A DNA stretch of 64,000 bases from Candidatus Bathyarchaeota archaeon (GTDB taxonomy: Archaea; Thermoproteota; Bathyarchaeia; 40CM-2-53-6). Below, piece after piece: positions 37,090-47,274 of the stretch; the stretch's first letter is position 1; each line of letters starts with the position of its first letter. The translations under genes were made by a program, and so were the position numbers. The stretch spans positions 1,120,001-1,184,000 of the forward strand of contig CAVSBL010000002.1 of assembly GCA_963726255.1 (NCBI GenBank). Direction: 5' to 3'. Under the pieces are notes generated by a model. The model ran no database searches and was not told the DNA's origin. It saw only the letters and a list, made by a program, of their open reading frames with translations.

Positions 37090-38478
37090 TCAAGCCCCCA
37101 AGATTTGTTGAAGCTTGTCGACGAGCAGGTCAATGTCGTGGCGTCTGTGAACTTCGGTAAAGCAGTAAAGCGCTGTTTGGCCGAGTTCTGGGAAATACCT
37201 GCTTAAGTCTAGGCCCCCTTGTATCCCTGCGTTCAACATTAACTGGTTTATTTCGGCCACACTTTTCCCGGACTTATCGAAGTTCACTGTGAACTCCATG
37301 AAGTGAAACGCGTCAAAACATGGAGCTGAAACCCCGCGAACCTTTCGCAATTGGCTCATGGCGTAACCGGTCCGATCCAATATTGTCGCACAAAGTTCCT
37401 CGATCCCTTTCGGCCCTAGCAAGGCTAAGTAACTCGCGGCGGCTAGCGCCAAGAGAGCTTCATTTGTGCAAATGTTTGAGGTTGCCTTCTCCCGCCGAAT
37501 GTGTTGCTCTCTCGTTTGTAACGCCATACAATAGGCGTCCTGTCTGCCATCTTGAGTCGTTGTCTTTCCGATTATTCGACCCGGCATCTGTCGGAGAAGC
37601 TCATCGCCTTTGCAGGCAAAGATGCCCAGTAGCGGGCCTCCATAGTTCATATGGTTGCCCAGCGGCTGTCCTTCCCCAACAACTATGTCCGCCCCTATTT
37701 CGCCGGGGGCTTTCAGAACGCCTAACGAGATTGGTTCGCTTCCAACAACAAAGAGAGCCCCGCCATTGTGGGTGAGTTGGGCTATTTCTTCACACGACTG
37801 CTCCACGAACCCCAGAAACGAAGGATATTCTACGTAAATTGCTGCTGTCCGCGCCGTCAATTTCCTCTTTAGGTCAGTAAGATCCAGGGCTCCCGTCCGC
37901 CTATCTTGTGCGACCTCAACGACTTTGATATCTGCGGGCTCGCAAAACGTTCGCAACGTTGAGAGGCGTTCGGGGTGAATGAAATGCGGTACAATGAACT
38001 CGTCACGGTGAGTAACGCGTGAAGCCATTCTGGCCGCTTCTCCTAGTGAGGTTGACCAGTCGTACAACGAACTGTTTGCGTAGTCCATTGAGGTTAGCTC
38101 GCAGATCATGCTCTGATATTCGAACATGGCCTGAAGCATCCCTTGCGAGATTTCAGGCTGGTAAGGTGTATAGGAGGTTAGGAATTCTCCGCGGCTGGTA
38201 ATTGCGTCGACCGCTGCCGGAACATGGTGGGGCCAGACACCCGCTCCAAGAAAAGACAAGAGATCACGCGTTGAGAGGTTCTTGTTGAGAAGCGCTTCGA
38301 CATGGCGCCTTACCTCCATCTCCGAAAGCTTCGACGGTATCGCGAGGAAAGCTTTCGCTCGTATGGGTGAAGGAATGTCCTTGAAGAGATCCTCGATTAC
38401 CCCCACGCCAATATCGCTAAGCATCTGGCGCTTGATCGATTCGTCGCTATTGGGAATGTACGGATGAGCCCTCGACAA
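37090..38478 (-). CDS. gcvPA: Glycine dehydrogenase (decarboxylating) subunit 1
   Basis: YTPYQPEISQG, QTREQHIRREKATSNICTN. Confidence 0.96.
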   Translation of the reverse strand: MSRAHPYIPNSDESIKRQMLSDIGVGVIEDLFKDIPSPIRAKAFLAIPSKLSEMEVRRHVEALLNKNLSTRDLLSFLGAGVWPHHVPAAVDAITSRGEFLTSYTPYQPEISQGMLQAMFEYQSMICELTSMDYANSSLYDWSTSLGEAARMASRVTHRDEFIVPHFIHPERLSTLRTFCEPADIKVVEVAQDRRTGALDLTDLKRKLTARTAAIYVEYPSFLGFVEQSCEEIAQLTHNGGALFVVGSEPISLGVLKAPGEIGADIVVGEGQPLGNHMNYGGPLLGIFACKGDELLRQMPGRIIGKTTTQDGRQDAYCMALQTREQHIRREKATSNICTNEALLALAAASYLALLGPKGIEELCATILDRTGYAMSQLRKVRGVSAPCFDAFHFMEFTVNFDKSGKSVAEINQLMLNAGIQGGLDLSRYFPELGQTALYCFTEVHRRHDIDLLVDKLQQILGA

Positions 38479-38531
38479 GTTCCGCTTCCTCGCGGCGACC
38501 CTTACCCTCAGTTCATATTATTCGATTATGG

Positions 38532-39380
38532 TTGCTTGAAGAGTCGGAGAATAGCCCTCAAACAAATGCAGTTAAGTCCTTGAACATCATTGAAGGAACG
38601 GTTAGGATTCCTTTGAATTCACGCAAGATTGATCGAACAGCAGTTGTTGAGAACAAACGCTTGCTTGGCCCTGGAACGCATGTTGGCGCGGGCGCTAGGC
38701 TGCTTGGCCGGGTACGAACCGGTAAGGGAACATTCATCGATTCGAATGCGGTCCTGTACGGGCCTCTAACGATCGGGAAAGGTACCTATGTCGGCCCGAA
38801 CTGCATTATTGGGTTCCCAGCCGCTAATGAGCTTAAGGAAATGGCACGTTCGCACAGAATAAAGGAGAAGAAAGCAACCACCGTCGGCGAGAACTGTATC
38901 CTGAGGCCTGGAACAACACTCTACTCGAACGTGAAGGCTGAAGACGATGTCGCATTCGGACACAACGTGCTAGTCCGAGAGAATGTGACGATTGGCAGCG
39001 GAACCAAAATTGGAACCAACGTAGTGATTGATGGAAGCACGAAGATAGGGGCGAAGGTCTCGATTCAAACTGGGGTATACATTTGCACCTATTCGACTGT
39101 AGAGGACGGAGTGTTCCTCGGGCCCTGCTGCGTCTTCACAAACGACAAGTACGTCACCCAGAAACCATTCAAACTAGTTGGGCCAACTGTGAAGAGGGGC
39201 GCTAGCATCGGAGCGAACGCACTAATCTTCCCAGGCGTCATTGTGGGGGAGGGGTCTGTCGTCGGTTCACAAGCAATGGTGAACTCCAATGTGCCCCCGC
39301 GAACAGTTTTCGCAGGAATTCCAGCGAAGAAAATGAGGGATACTCCCGACGAATGGCATTCGTCACTCTTGAAAAATTGA
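38532..39380 (+). CDS. Hexapeptide-repeat (left-handed beta-helix) acetyltransferase; start uncertain
   Basis: [IV]G..x repeats, VFLGPCCVFTND, GASIGANA, AGIPAK. Confidence 0.85.
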   Translation: MLEESENSPQTNAVKSLNIIEGTVRIPLNSRKIDRTAVVENKRLLGPGTHVGAGARLLGRVRTGKGTFIDSNAVLYGPLTIGKGTYVGPNCIIGFPAANELKEMARSHRIKEKKATTVGENCILRPGTTLYSNVKAEDDVAFGHNVLVRENVTIGSGTKIGTNVVIDGSTKIGAKVSIQTGVYICTYSTVEDGVFLGPCCVFTNDKYVTQKPFKLVGPTVKRGASIGANALIFPGVIVGEGSVVGSQAMVNSNVPPRTVFAGIPAKKMRDTPDEWHSSLLKN

Positions 39381-39481
39381 ATCAATCCATAGACAACAGA
39401 ATGAATAAATATTGAACTCCGCATTGACGGGACAATCCTTTCGTGGAACCCGATGAAAGCGGAGCCAAACTGAAGTTGAAA

Positions 39482-41194
39482 ATGAAGCTAGCAGTAGTTG
39501 CCCTAGTCTTGGTCTTGGCTCTAGGGATGGTTGCTCCGCTCCATGCAGACTCACAGCCGCACCTGACGATAGATGTCGTGAGGATCGTCGACCTAGGGCA
39601 GTGGGGAGTCTTACATCTTTTGGACAGTTACAGAGTCCATTATGACAGCGGTTCAACCCCAGTATCCTCATTGGATTTCGGCTTTTCACGCCAGTATCGA
39701 AACAACGTGTACTATGCGCTCTCAAGGGACAGCGCGGGAAGAACCCTGACCGTAGACGGCGACGTCAACCCAAGCCCAGACGTCTATTGGATGCGGGTTC
39801 ATTTCGCTGAAGACTTGACCTTGAACAAAACTTACGAATTCAGAGTGGCATTGCTGATGAGCGGTTTGATAACAGAGGTCGTTGGCGGGTTTCAGTATAA
39901 TTTTACAGCGGCGCCCATTCTTACGCAGGACGCTAGAGTAGCAAATGTGACGTTTGTAGCGGTGCAAGCCTCAAACTTCGTGCTTCCCCAGAACTCACCC
40001 TACCAAATCGTAACTCTGAACGGTCTACCCGCCCTTTTCCGGCAGTACCAACCTTGGAAGGCATACTCAACCGACACGTTCTATGCTCCGTACAGCACGG
40101 TCAACCAATATCTTGTAGACATAACTTCGGCTGAGCGCGACATCACGGTCGGCAGTACCGGCGTACTCAAGGTGCAGGACACTTACAACCTACACAACAT
40201 CGGCATACCAATCACATCCATGCCCATCACCCTTCCCAAAGGCGCCTCAAACGTTATGGCGTATGACGTGGTGGGCGCGATGTGGACAACCACACAGAAT
40301 CCTACCGCACCCTACCAAGTCACGGTATCCCCAAGGTATGCTTCCGGCGTGAGATCTAAGGAGAACTTCACATTCACATTGACCTACGACCTCCCCACGT
40401 CGCAGTACCTCAAACAACTGAACTGGTGGGGAACATACAACCTAACCATCGGCCTTTTGAACAATGGAGACGACCTTCTATTCGATAATGCAACTGTCAG
40501 AATCATAACGCCCAGCGGAGTTACCGTCAGCGATATCAAGACCCTACCGCAGTCACCCATATCGAGCCCCATTGAATATAACCCAGACAGTCGCGAGTTT
40601 GCGCTTCAGGGCATCTCGACGATGAACAACTTGACTGTTGGACTAACCTTGAATGGTTCGCCGTTCTCGTCAGCGTTTGGTGGTCTGCCGTGGCTTGTCG
40701 GCCTGGAGCTTGCGATTGCAGCATTTGCATTGGCGGTCATGGTTAGGCGAGGCCCAGAACTCGCAGTCCCAGTTCCCGTTGAGAAGCTTAGGGAGTTCGT
40801 TGGCCTGTATGACGAGAGACTTGCATTATCAAGGGAACTCGTTGTAATGGAAGAGGAAGTGGCTAGGGGCGGTTTGGTGAAGCATGAGTTCAGGCGACGA
40901 ACGAAGGTTATGGAACTCCGGCTGGACGAAATCAATAAGTCCCTGATGGAGATCAAAGCCGAACTTCGTGCAGTCAGCCCACGGTACGATGAACTGATTC
41001 GAAGAATCGACAGGGCAGAAGCGGAAATCCACGTGTCACGAACCAGCCTGAATCAGGTGAGATCCCAGTACAGGGCAGGCAGATCGACTCGTGAAACGTA
41101 CGATGCCATGGTCAATGATATCACGAAACGCATCGACCGAGCAGAAGAAACAGTTGAAACCATTTTGATCACTCTGCGAGAAGACGCAAGATAA
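39482..41194 (+). CDS. Ribophorin-I (Ost1/RPN1)-like type I membrane protein
   Basis: Signal peptide, two beta-rich repeats (VRIVDLGQWG / ERDITVGSTG), LP.GA, PRY, Y.LP, FDNATVRIITPSG, single TM, helical C-terminus. Confidence 0.65.
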   Translation: MKLAVVALVLVLALGMVAPLHADSQPHLTIDVVRIVDLGQWGVLHLLDSYRVHYDSGSTPVSSLDFGFSRQYRNNVYYALSRDSAGRTLTVDGDVNPSPDVYWMRVHFAEDLTLNKTYEFRVALLMSGLITEVVGGFQYNFTAAPILTQDARVANVTFVAVQASNFVLPQNSPYQIVTLNGLPALFRQYQPWKAYSTDTFYAPYSTVNQYLVDITSAERDITVGSTGVLKVQDTYNLHNIGIPITSMPITLPKGASNVMAYDVVGAMWTTTQNPTAPYQVTVSPRYASGVRSKENFTFTLTYDLPTSQYLKQLNWWGTYNLTIGLLNNGDDLLFDNATVRIITPSGVTVSDIKTLPQSPISSPIEYNPDSREFALQGISTMNNLTVGLTLNGSPFSSAFGGLPWLVGLELAIAAFALAVMVRRGPELAVPVPVEKLREFVGLYDERLALSRELVVMEEEVARGGLVKHEFRRRTKVMELRLDEINKSLMEIKAELRAVSPRYDELIRRIDRAEAEIHVSRTSLNQVRSQYRAGRSTRETYDAMVNDITKRIDRAEETVETILITLREDAR

Positions 41195-41262
41195 GCCACG
41201 GAACATATTATAATCCGGCCATAACCTCTAAGCCGCGTCATCCGAAGGCTAGCAAATCCCTA

Positions 41263-42522
41263 GTGTCCTCCATGGCCAATCAAATTCCAGTTTCAAAATT
41301 ACAAGAATGGCTGCGGAAATCACTCTCATCAAACCTATCCCAAGCAGAACGTGAACGTGACAAACTAATCACGGAGATAACACGCGGATTAGATTCGATT
41401 ACAGAATTCTGCACTCAACTCGCACGTAAAGCGGAACAAGAAATGGAATCAAAACGCGACAACAGAGCCCAGTACAGGGCGGCGAAAGCAGTTGCAAGGT
41501 TGACAACAATAATCCCGGATATGTTCAAACAGTTTAGCGTCCCGACTGAGAAAGATTCGGGAAGCCTGAGGAACCTACAACGCGAGACGTCGAAGCTTGC
41601 GTCGGAAGCAGCCCGAACTAGGGAGACATGGCTCCGACAGATCCGGCCGTACTACATTATCGACATGATGACGCTCGGTGGCAACATTGACAAACTACGA
41701 AGGCTAGGCGACGAACTTCACAATTTCCTGATCGGGCGAGGAGCCTTACTTCACTCCCTAGAAGGGTTGAGCGAGAAGCTTAATTCCCTATCAAAGATGC
41801 GGACGCTAAGGGAATCCGCATCACAACAAAGACAATCCTTAGAGGAAAACCTCGGAGAAACTGAACGCGTTGACAAATCGCTGAAGGACCAAGCCGGGGA
41901 GATTCGTCGAAACCCGAAGATCAAGGAATACATGCAACTTGACTCAGAGCTGAGAGCGCTGAGAGGGGAACTAATCCTTACCGGGTTTAGTAGGCTAGGG
42001 AGGCCGTTAAAGAAACTCATCTCGATTTCTGAGCGCGGGGACTACCCGCTCCCTATCGAAGTAAGAGATAGCACGAAGGAGTACGTCAAGAAACCTTTCG
42101 CGACATTCCTCTCGGAAGAGAGTGGCTACCCGCGCTTGAAGGCTGTCATGACAGCGTTATCGGGGGCAGTGACGAGCGGGAAACTGGCGCTCAAACAGCG
42201 TGAGGCGAAGAAAGTGGTTGAACGAGCAGAACAGGTTGTTGCAGGAAATTCGTTGTCGAAAATTCATGAAACATCTCGCGACCGCAAGAGTACCTATGAG
42301 AGGCTTTTAGCTGACCAAGAAACGGCGGCCCTAGTCCAGAAACTTAGAGACCTCCGCCAGAAGGGACGAGCAAACCGCGCTGCCCATGAAGAGCTGGTGG
42401 GAGAGTTGCAACGAGCAGTTGGAAATGAAAGGCGACTTGACGAACAGATTGGTTCGTTATTGAGAGAGATCGAGGCATTCTCACGGAAGCTGTCCGGGGC
42501 AGATGTGAAGCTGGAACTCTGA
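41263..42522 (+). CDS. Coiled-coil hypothetical protein
   Basis: 419-aa helical ORF, AT-rich promoter-like sequence at about 41205. Confidence 0.75.
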   Translation: MSSMANQIPVSKLQEWLRKSLSSNLSQAERERDKLITEITRGLDSITEFCTQLARKAEQEMESKRDNRAQYRAAKAVARLTTIIPDMFKQFSVPTEKDSGSLRNLQRETSKLASEAARTRETWLRQIRPYYIIDMMTLGGNIDKLRRLGDELHNFLIGRGALLHSLEGLSEKLNSLSKMRTLRESASQQRQSLEENLGETERVDKSLKDQAGEIRRNPKIKEYMQLDSELRALRGELILTGFSRLGRPLKKLISISERGDYPLPIEVRDSTKEYVKKPFATFLSEESGYPRLKAVMTALSGAVTSGKLALKQREAKKVVERAEQVVAGNSLSKIHETSRDRKSTYERLLADQETAALVQKLRDLRQKGRANRAAHEELVGELQRAVGNERRLDEQIGSLLREIEAFSRKLSGADVKLEL

Positions 42523-42528
42523 TTGCGG

Positions 42529-44337
42529 CTAGATGAGAACACGAATCCTCTGCTTTGAGACTAAAGCTCGCAACAGGCTGCGGCCTAAGTCAGATTTCTT
42601 TGACACCCTGATTTGGCCCTTCTTGCCGATTGTTGCAGAGAAGAGGTATTGGTCGCCAACGTAAACGTTGGCAGCCACACCGGTAAGGTCTTCATCAAAT
42701 ACGAGGTCGATACGGTTGCCGACTTCCCTTACCTCGTACCGAACCTCTTTGCCTGCAGCACTTGGCGCTAGCGGTTCTACATCGATCTTGACGCCGAGCT
42801 TCTCCTCCAGTTTTGTAACGGTAGCGCCTTTCTTCCCGATGAGTATGGGAACAATTTCGTTATCGACGCGGACGAGGGCGCGGTTGTCGGACACCAATGT
42901 GACCTCTCCACCAGGGTCAAACTTCCTGATTTCCTGCAGTATTCGTTCCTCAGCGAGCTTATGTGCAGCGCTGATTGCGGGTTTTGCGTCGCTTACTGGA
43001 ATGATCACATTCTCCTCGCCGAACGTGTAGATCTCGTATTGCAAAGCGCCTTTTTCGAAATCACGAACCTCAACCACTGGCCGGGCGAGGTCAGCTTCAG
43101 TCATCCCAGTTGGAACCTTAACCGTGAGGTTTAGCGTGAAGAGGTTGCGTACTTCCCCATACTGGATGAAAATTATTGTGTCTATGATGTGCGGGATCAT
43201 TCCCAGCTCAACGCGGCCGATGAATCTTTGTATGGCATTGATCGCCTCGCTGGCGTGCACGACGCCGATCATACCGACTCCCGCTAAGCGCATGTCGGCG
43301 AAGATCATGAAGTCCTTGGTTTTCCTCACTTCGTCGAATACCGTATAGTCCGGCCTCACGAGGAGGAGGATCTCCGCCGTTTTCTCGAAATCTCCTTCCA
43401 GCGGGCCGTACTGAGTTATTTCTGGGCCAACCTGTAAGTCTCTCGGGGATTCAAGCGTCTTGACGATTTTGTTTTGCTTCAAGTAGAACTCAGCTAGGGA
43501 CGAAGCAAAAGTTGTTTTGCCCGACCCCGGAGGCCCTGCTATGAGGATGCCTTCGGCGCCCGTAGCGAGCCGTTCCATCAGTTTCCCAGACAGCTTATAG
43601 TCTTGGAGCGTGAGGCTCACGACGGGACGAACAATCGTAACTTCCACGCCGTCTGATAACGGTGGCCTGGTAATCGCAACACGAAAGCGGCCCAATTGGA
43701 TGACCATAGCGCCCGCCCTGTTTATTTCAACAAAGCCTTCCCGGCTAACCCTTGCTGCCTCGGTAACTTCTCGAATGACTTGTTCGACCTCTTCAGTTGT
43801 GCTGGGTGTTTCAGAGAGTGTAACTAACTCGAATTTTCCTGGCTTGCCTGTCTTTGCAAGAGGCCGCGTTCCCTCCTTTAGGTGAACGCTCGATGTGTCA
43901 GCTGTGAATAGCCTCTCGAAATCGAGGCCTGTGGTCTTCACCTCGCCTGGGACGTGTTTCACTTGCACGCCTGATGCTTCAGCGACCAGTGCTTGCACGT
44001 AGTCGGCGGTAAGAAGAATTCCATTCTCAGACCTCGCAACATCCGTGATGAGGGCGTCGAGCCTTCCGCTCCTTGCAAGCATGATATCGTTGTACCCGGG
44101 ACGCTGGCCAAGAAATGTTAGTTTGATGCCTTTACTCTCACAAAAGGTCCTCAGTTTCTTGATTTCCTCAAGCCCAACGAACCCTGGTTCCCGTCCCTTC
44201 GAAGCCTGTGCCTGAAGTTCATCTAACACTGCGTATGGGATGACAATTTCAACGTCGGTCAGTCCACCTTTCTCGATTACCGACGGTACGTTGCCGTCGA
44301 TAATTATCGAAGTATCTGGGACCAGTTTCTGAGTCAA
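42529..44337 (-). CDS. PIN-domain ATPase with KH domain (PINA)
   Basis: VPDTS PIN, GPPGSGKT, ESPRDL, RPDYTVFDEVR, IGKKG KH. Confidence 0.93.
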   Translation of the reverse strand: MTQKLVPDTSIIIDGNVPSVIEKGGLTDVEIVIPYAVLDELQAQASKGREPGFVGLEEIKKLRTFCESKGIKLTFLGQRPGYNDIMLARSGRLDALITDVARSENGILLTADYVQALVAEASGVQVKHVPGEVKTTGLDFERLFTADTSSVHLKEGTRPLAKTGKPGKFELVTLSETPSTTEEVEQVIREVTEAARVSREGFVEINRAGAMVIQLGRFRVAITRPPLSDGVEVTIVRPVVSLTLQDYKLSGKLMERLATGAEGILIAGPPGSGKTTFASSLAEFYLKQNKIVKTLESPRDLQVGPEITQYGPLEGDFEKTAEILLLVRPDYTVFDEVRKTKDFMIFADMRLAGVGMIGVVHASEAINAIQRFIGRVELGMIPHIIDTIIFIQYGEVRNLFTLNLTVKVPTGMTEADLARPVVEVRDFEKGALQYEIYTFGEENVIIPVSDAKPAISAAHKLAEERILQEIRKFDPGGEVTLVSDNRALVRVDNEIVPILIGKKGATVTKLEEKLGVKIDVEPLAPSAAGKEVRYEVREVGNRIDLVFDEDLTGVAANVYVGDQYLFSATIGKKGQIRVSKKSDLGRSLLRALVSKQRIRVLI

Positions 44338-44476
44338 TGCGCAGTCCTTATGCCGCTAGCAGTATGATGCTTTCAATAAAAACAGTACCAAACACCAAAC
44401 GGAACAATTTGGCGCATCGATCCCTCCCTGGGCGAACCTCTCATATTCACGGCCACTATTCGAGACCTGGATAGAA

Positions 44477-44998
44477 ATGGAACGTTGCACGTCTTCGTCC
44501 CGTGTGTACGATGGCCGGATCTTGAATCTGCGCGTCGACCAAGTGATGTTGGGGAACGGCAAGACGACGACCCGTGAGGTTATCGAACACCGGGGCGCTG
44601 CCGCAATTGTACCGATAATCCAAGAACGCAAGGTCGTCTTAGTGCGCCAATTTAGGTACGCAATCGCAACAGACCTCCTCGAAGTCCCCGCCGGAACAAT
44701 GGAACGAGGAGAACAACCCGAAGAGTGCGCTGTTAGAGAACTCGAAGAAGAGACAGGATACGGCTGCAAGGAAATTGAGAAAATCATGGAATTCTTCCCC
44801 GTCCCCGGCTATAGTACGGAAAAAATTCATGTTTACCTGGCTAAGGGACTGGTCAAATCCGAGACGCATACAGAGGAAGATGAGGAAATCAACCTGGAAA
44901 TATTGTCATTGGAGAATGCCCTAGGAAAGGTCCGCTCGGGTGAAATCCGTGATGCGAAATCGATCTGCGCATTGTTCCGGGCTGCGGAACTGCTCTAG
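44477..44998 (+). CDS. NUDIX hydrolase (ADP-ribose pyrophosphatase-like)
   Basis: GTMERGEQPEECAVRELEEETG Nudix box. Confidence 0.93.
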   Translation: MERCTSSSRVYDGRILNLRVDQVMLGNGKTTTREVIEHRGAAAIVPIIQERKVVLVRQFRYAIATDLLEVPAGTMERGEQPEECAVRELEEETGYGCKEIEKIMEFFPVPGYSTEKIHVYLAKGLVKSETHTEEDEEINLEILSLENALGKVRSGEIRDAKSICALFRAAELL

Positions 44999-45588
44999 CT
45001 AGTTGTCGTGATCTTGAAAAAATCGGGGCTCCCAGTCAGCATTCTCCCGACGGTTTCCTTTAGAGCCGAAATATCAACTCGGAAATGTTCACCGCTGTGT
45101 CCCGCCAGTTTCTCGTAGCCGCGATTCATCACAGAGAGCGAAACATCATGTTCGCCTTTCTGCAGATGGACGAGTGCTGCCGCTAGGAGGATAATCCCCT
45201 GTAGAATTTCCTTCTCAGCACCAGTTGACCGGCGCCATGCTTCTTCCAAGGCTTCGTGGCTTTCCCAGTATCGTTCCTCATTAAACAGGGCCAACCCGAG
45301 TCTGATCGCCTCAGCACTTTCCATAGGAACGTTCTGCACGTCCAGCTGCCTAATCGTCAACTTCGGCCCTATCCGTTCCTCCAGCGCCCTAACTGCCTTG
45401 TCCACATTTGCCTGGAAGTCTAGCAAAAGGTCCAGCTCCACTGCGGCGCTGCTGACTCGAAGGTTTCCCACATCCGCACCCAACGCTCGAACGGCTGCGT
45501 ATGCGACAGTACTCAACTGCTTTCTATCCGACGGCGCATATTTTCGCCTATTCGACAGCCGAACCAAGAATCTCATAATCCCGACCAT
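44995..45588 (-). CDS. DUF309-domain protein
   Basis: LFNEERYWESHEALEEAW, LQGII. Confidence 0.88.
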   Translation of the reverse strand: MVGIMRFLVRLSNRRKYAPSDRKQLSTVAYAAVRALGADVGNLRVSSAAVELDLLLDFQANVDKAVRALEERIGPKLTIRQLDVQNVPMESAEAIRLGLALFNEERYWESHEALEEAWRRSTGAEKEILQGIILLAAALVHLQKGEHDVSLSVMNRGYEKLAGHSGEHFRVDISALKETVGRMLTGSPDFFKITTTS

Positions 45589-45627
45589 TTTTTGGGGGTA
45601 TCGGAAAACAGCTATAACAATGGTTGA

Positions 45628-46071
45628 ATGTCAACAGTTCTCCCCGAGATGAACCTTCCCATGTCCGAGACGCAAGAGTACGTTATCGACGGTAACACAT
45701 TGAGCAAGCTGCTCGACCCATTCAATCTTGAAGCCTACCAGCCCACTAGTGAATTGCACCACATGTTAACGGGACAAGCCTTCGACACTATCGAGAAGAA
45801 ACTCGTCAAAGGCTTGTTGGATGAGATTGAGAAGGCGAAGGCTCAGACTGTTAGATTTGTGAATCTTGAAGCTCTAGCTTCAGGCCCCCACAGGGATTAC
45901 CTATACGCAATCGGTGGTGGACTTGCCGTTCTGGTAGATGCGCTGGTAGCGAAGAAAATAACGGTCGTCGGAACGATCCAGAACCCATTTGCTCTACCTT
46001 GGCATCTGGTCGCGAAACTAGACAAGGACTTCAAAGGCCTACCTGCACCGGGACAAACGGTACCACCATGA
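45628..46071 (+). CDS. Hypothetical protein; start uncertain (45628/45649/45661)
   Basis: Uninterrupted ORF with normal composition filling the gap. Confidence 0.65.
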   Translation: MSTVLPEMNLPMSETQEYVIDGNTLSKLLDPFNLEAYQPTSELHHMLTGQAFDTIEKKLVKGLLDEIEKAKAQTVRFVNLEALASGPHRDYLYAIGGGLAVLVDALVAKKITVVGTIQNPFALPWHLVAKLDKDFKGLPAPGQTVPP

Positions 46072-46201
46072 AGGCCAGCTGCACTCTCGAAACGGACGAA
46101 TGTATTTGGAAGTTACGAATACGATGTGAACAACTCACCCAGACCTGAATGGGGTAACGGTTAATTGTAAGGCTAATTTCTTCCAAATCAGGCGACTTGG
46201 A

Positions 46202-46663
46202 TTGTCCATCGAGATTGGGCTGAAACTTCCAGAATTCCAATTGCACGACCAAGACCGAAAGCAGAGGTCAATGAACGAATTCTTGGGAAAGAAAATCGTC
46301 GTAGCCTTCTTCCCCGGTGCCTTCACAGGGCCCTGTACTAAGGAGATGTGCACTTTCCGGGACTCAATGCAGACCTTGCCGGGACAGGTTGTGGCCATAA
46401 GCGTCAACGACCCTTTCACCAACAAGGGATTCGCTGAAGCCCACCAGTTGCAGTTTCCCATACTGAGCGACTATTCGAGGGACACTATCAAGAAGCTCAA
46501 CATATTCCACAACGACTTCGCTGGCCTGAAAGGCTACACCGCAGCCAAGAGATCCGTATTCATTCTAGATAAGAACGGAGTCGTTCGATACAAGTGGGTT
46601 TCAGAAGACCCGACTAAGGAACCGAACTACGAAGAGATCAAAAGCACACTAGCCAAGCTCTGA
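46202..46663 (+). CDS. Peroxiredoxin (BCP/AhpE-like)
   Basis: FFPGAFTGPCTKEMC, RSVFILD. Confidence 0.92.
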   Translation: MSIEIGLKLPEFQLHDQDRKQRSMNEFLGKKIVVAFFPGAFTGPCTKEMCTFRDSMQTLPGQVVAISVNDPFTNKGFAEAHQLQFPILSDYSRDTIKKLNIFHNDFAGLKGYTAAKRSVFILDKNGVVRYKWVSEDPTKEPNYEEIKSTLAKL

Positions 46664-46732
46664 CCAACGTGGGCGTTGTTGATTTAACAATCAACTTAAA
46701 TATTCCCTACGGCATGCGGGTGGGGATGAAAA

Positions 46733-47109
46733 ATGGTATCAAGAAATGACTTCGCAATCGGCATACTAGTGCTCATCGCAGGCATTGTAATCTACTCATT
46801 CGCACCAGGCGGTGCGATGTACATGCCAATGCCAGGACACACGACGACTCATTATGTAGGCGGTGCACTCGCAATTGTCTTTGGCCTCATAGGCCTCGCA
46901 CTCTACAAGAAAACCAACATGATCACGGCAGCAGTTTCAGTGCTCAGCATCATACTTGGCATCGTCTTCATATTGGACGCGCCCCGAGCGGCCCGCTCTT
47001 TATGGCGCTACCAAAGATGGACCATGGTATGCACATGCAGATTACCGGCGGCCTCATCGCACTGGTTGGCATCGTCGGAATTGCCGGCTCAGCACTAAAG
47101 AAAAAGTAG
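46733..47109 (+). pseudogene. Four-TM His/Met-rich membrane protein with a frameshift in the C4 run at about 46982-46985
   Basis: The -1 frame continues PSGPLFMALPKMDHGMHMQITGGLIALVGIVGIAGSALKKK*, mirroring the N-terminal half. Confidence 0.7.
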
Positions 47110-47274
47110 AGAGCTCGTCCCTCCAGCCGTTTCTCTCTCCCCGATTATTCTCTCACCTTTAGCGAACGATTCACCCGACATTGAAAATACGGAACCTGCT
47201 GTTGGCACGAATCCCTAGATCAGGGACGACAAATTGATCGGAAAAAGGGAAAAAGTGTAGGAAACGATTACGGC

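Noticed and set aside
46974-47014. Hairpin at the frameshift as a possible BHB mRNA intron
   Set aside because: The bulges are not 3-nt on opposite strands around a 4-bp helix, and the loop sequence is needed to match the duplicated half of the protein.
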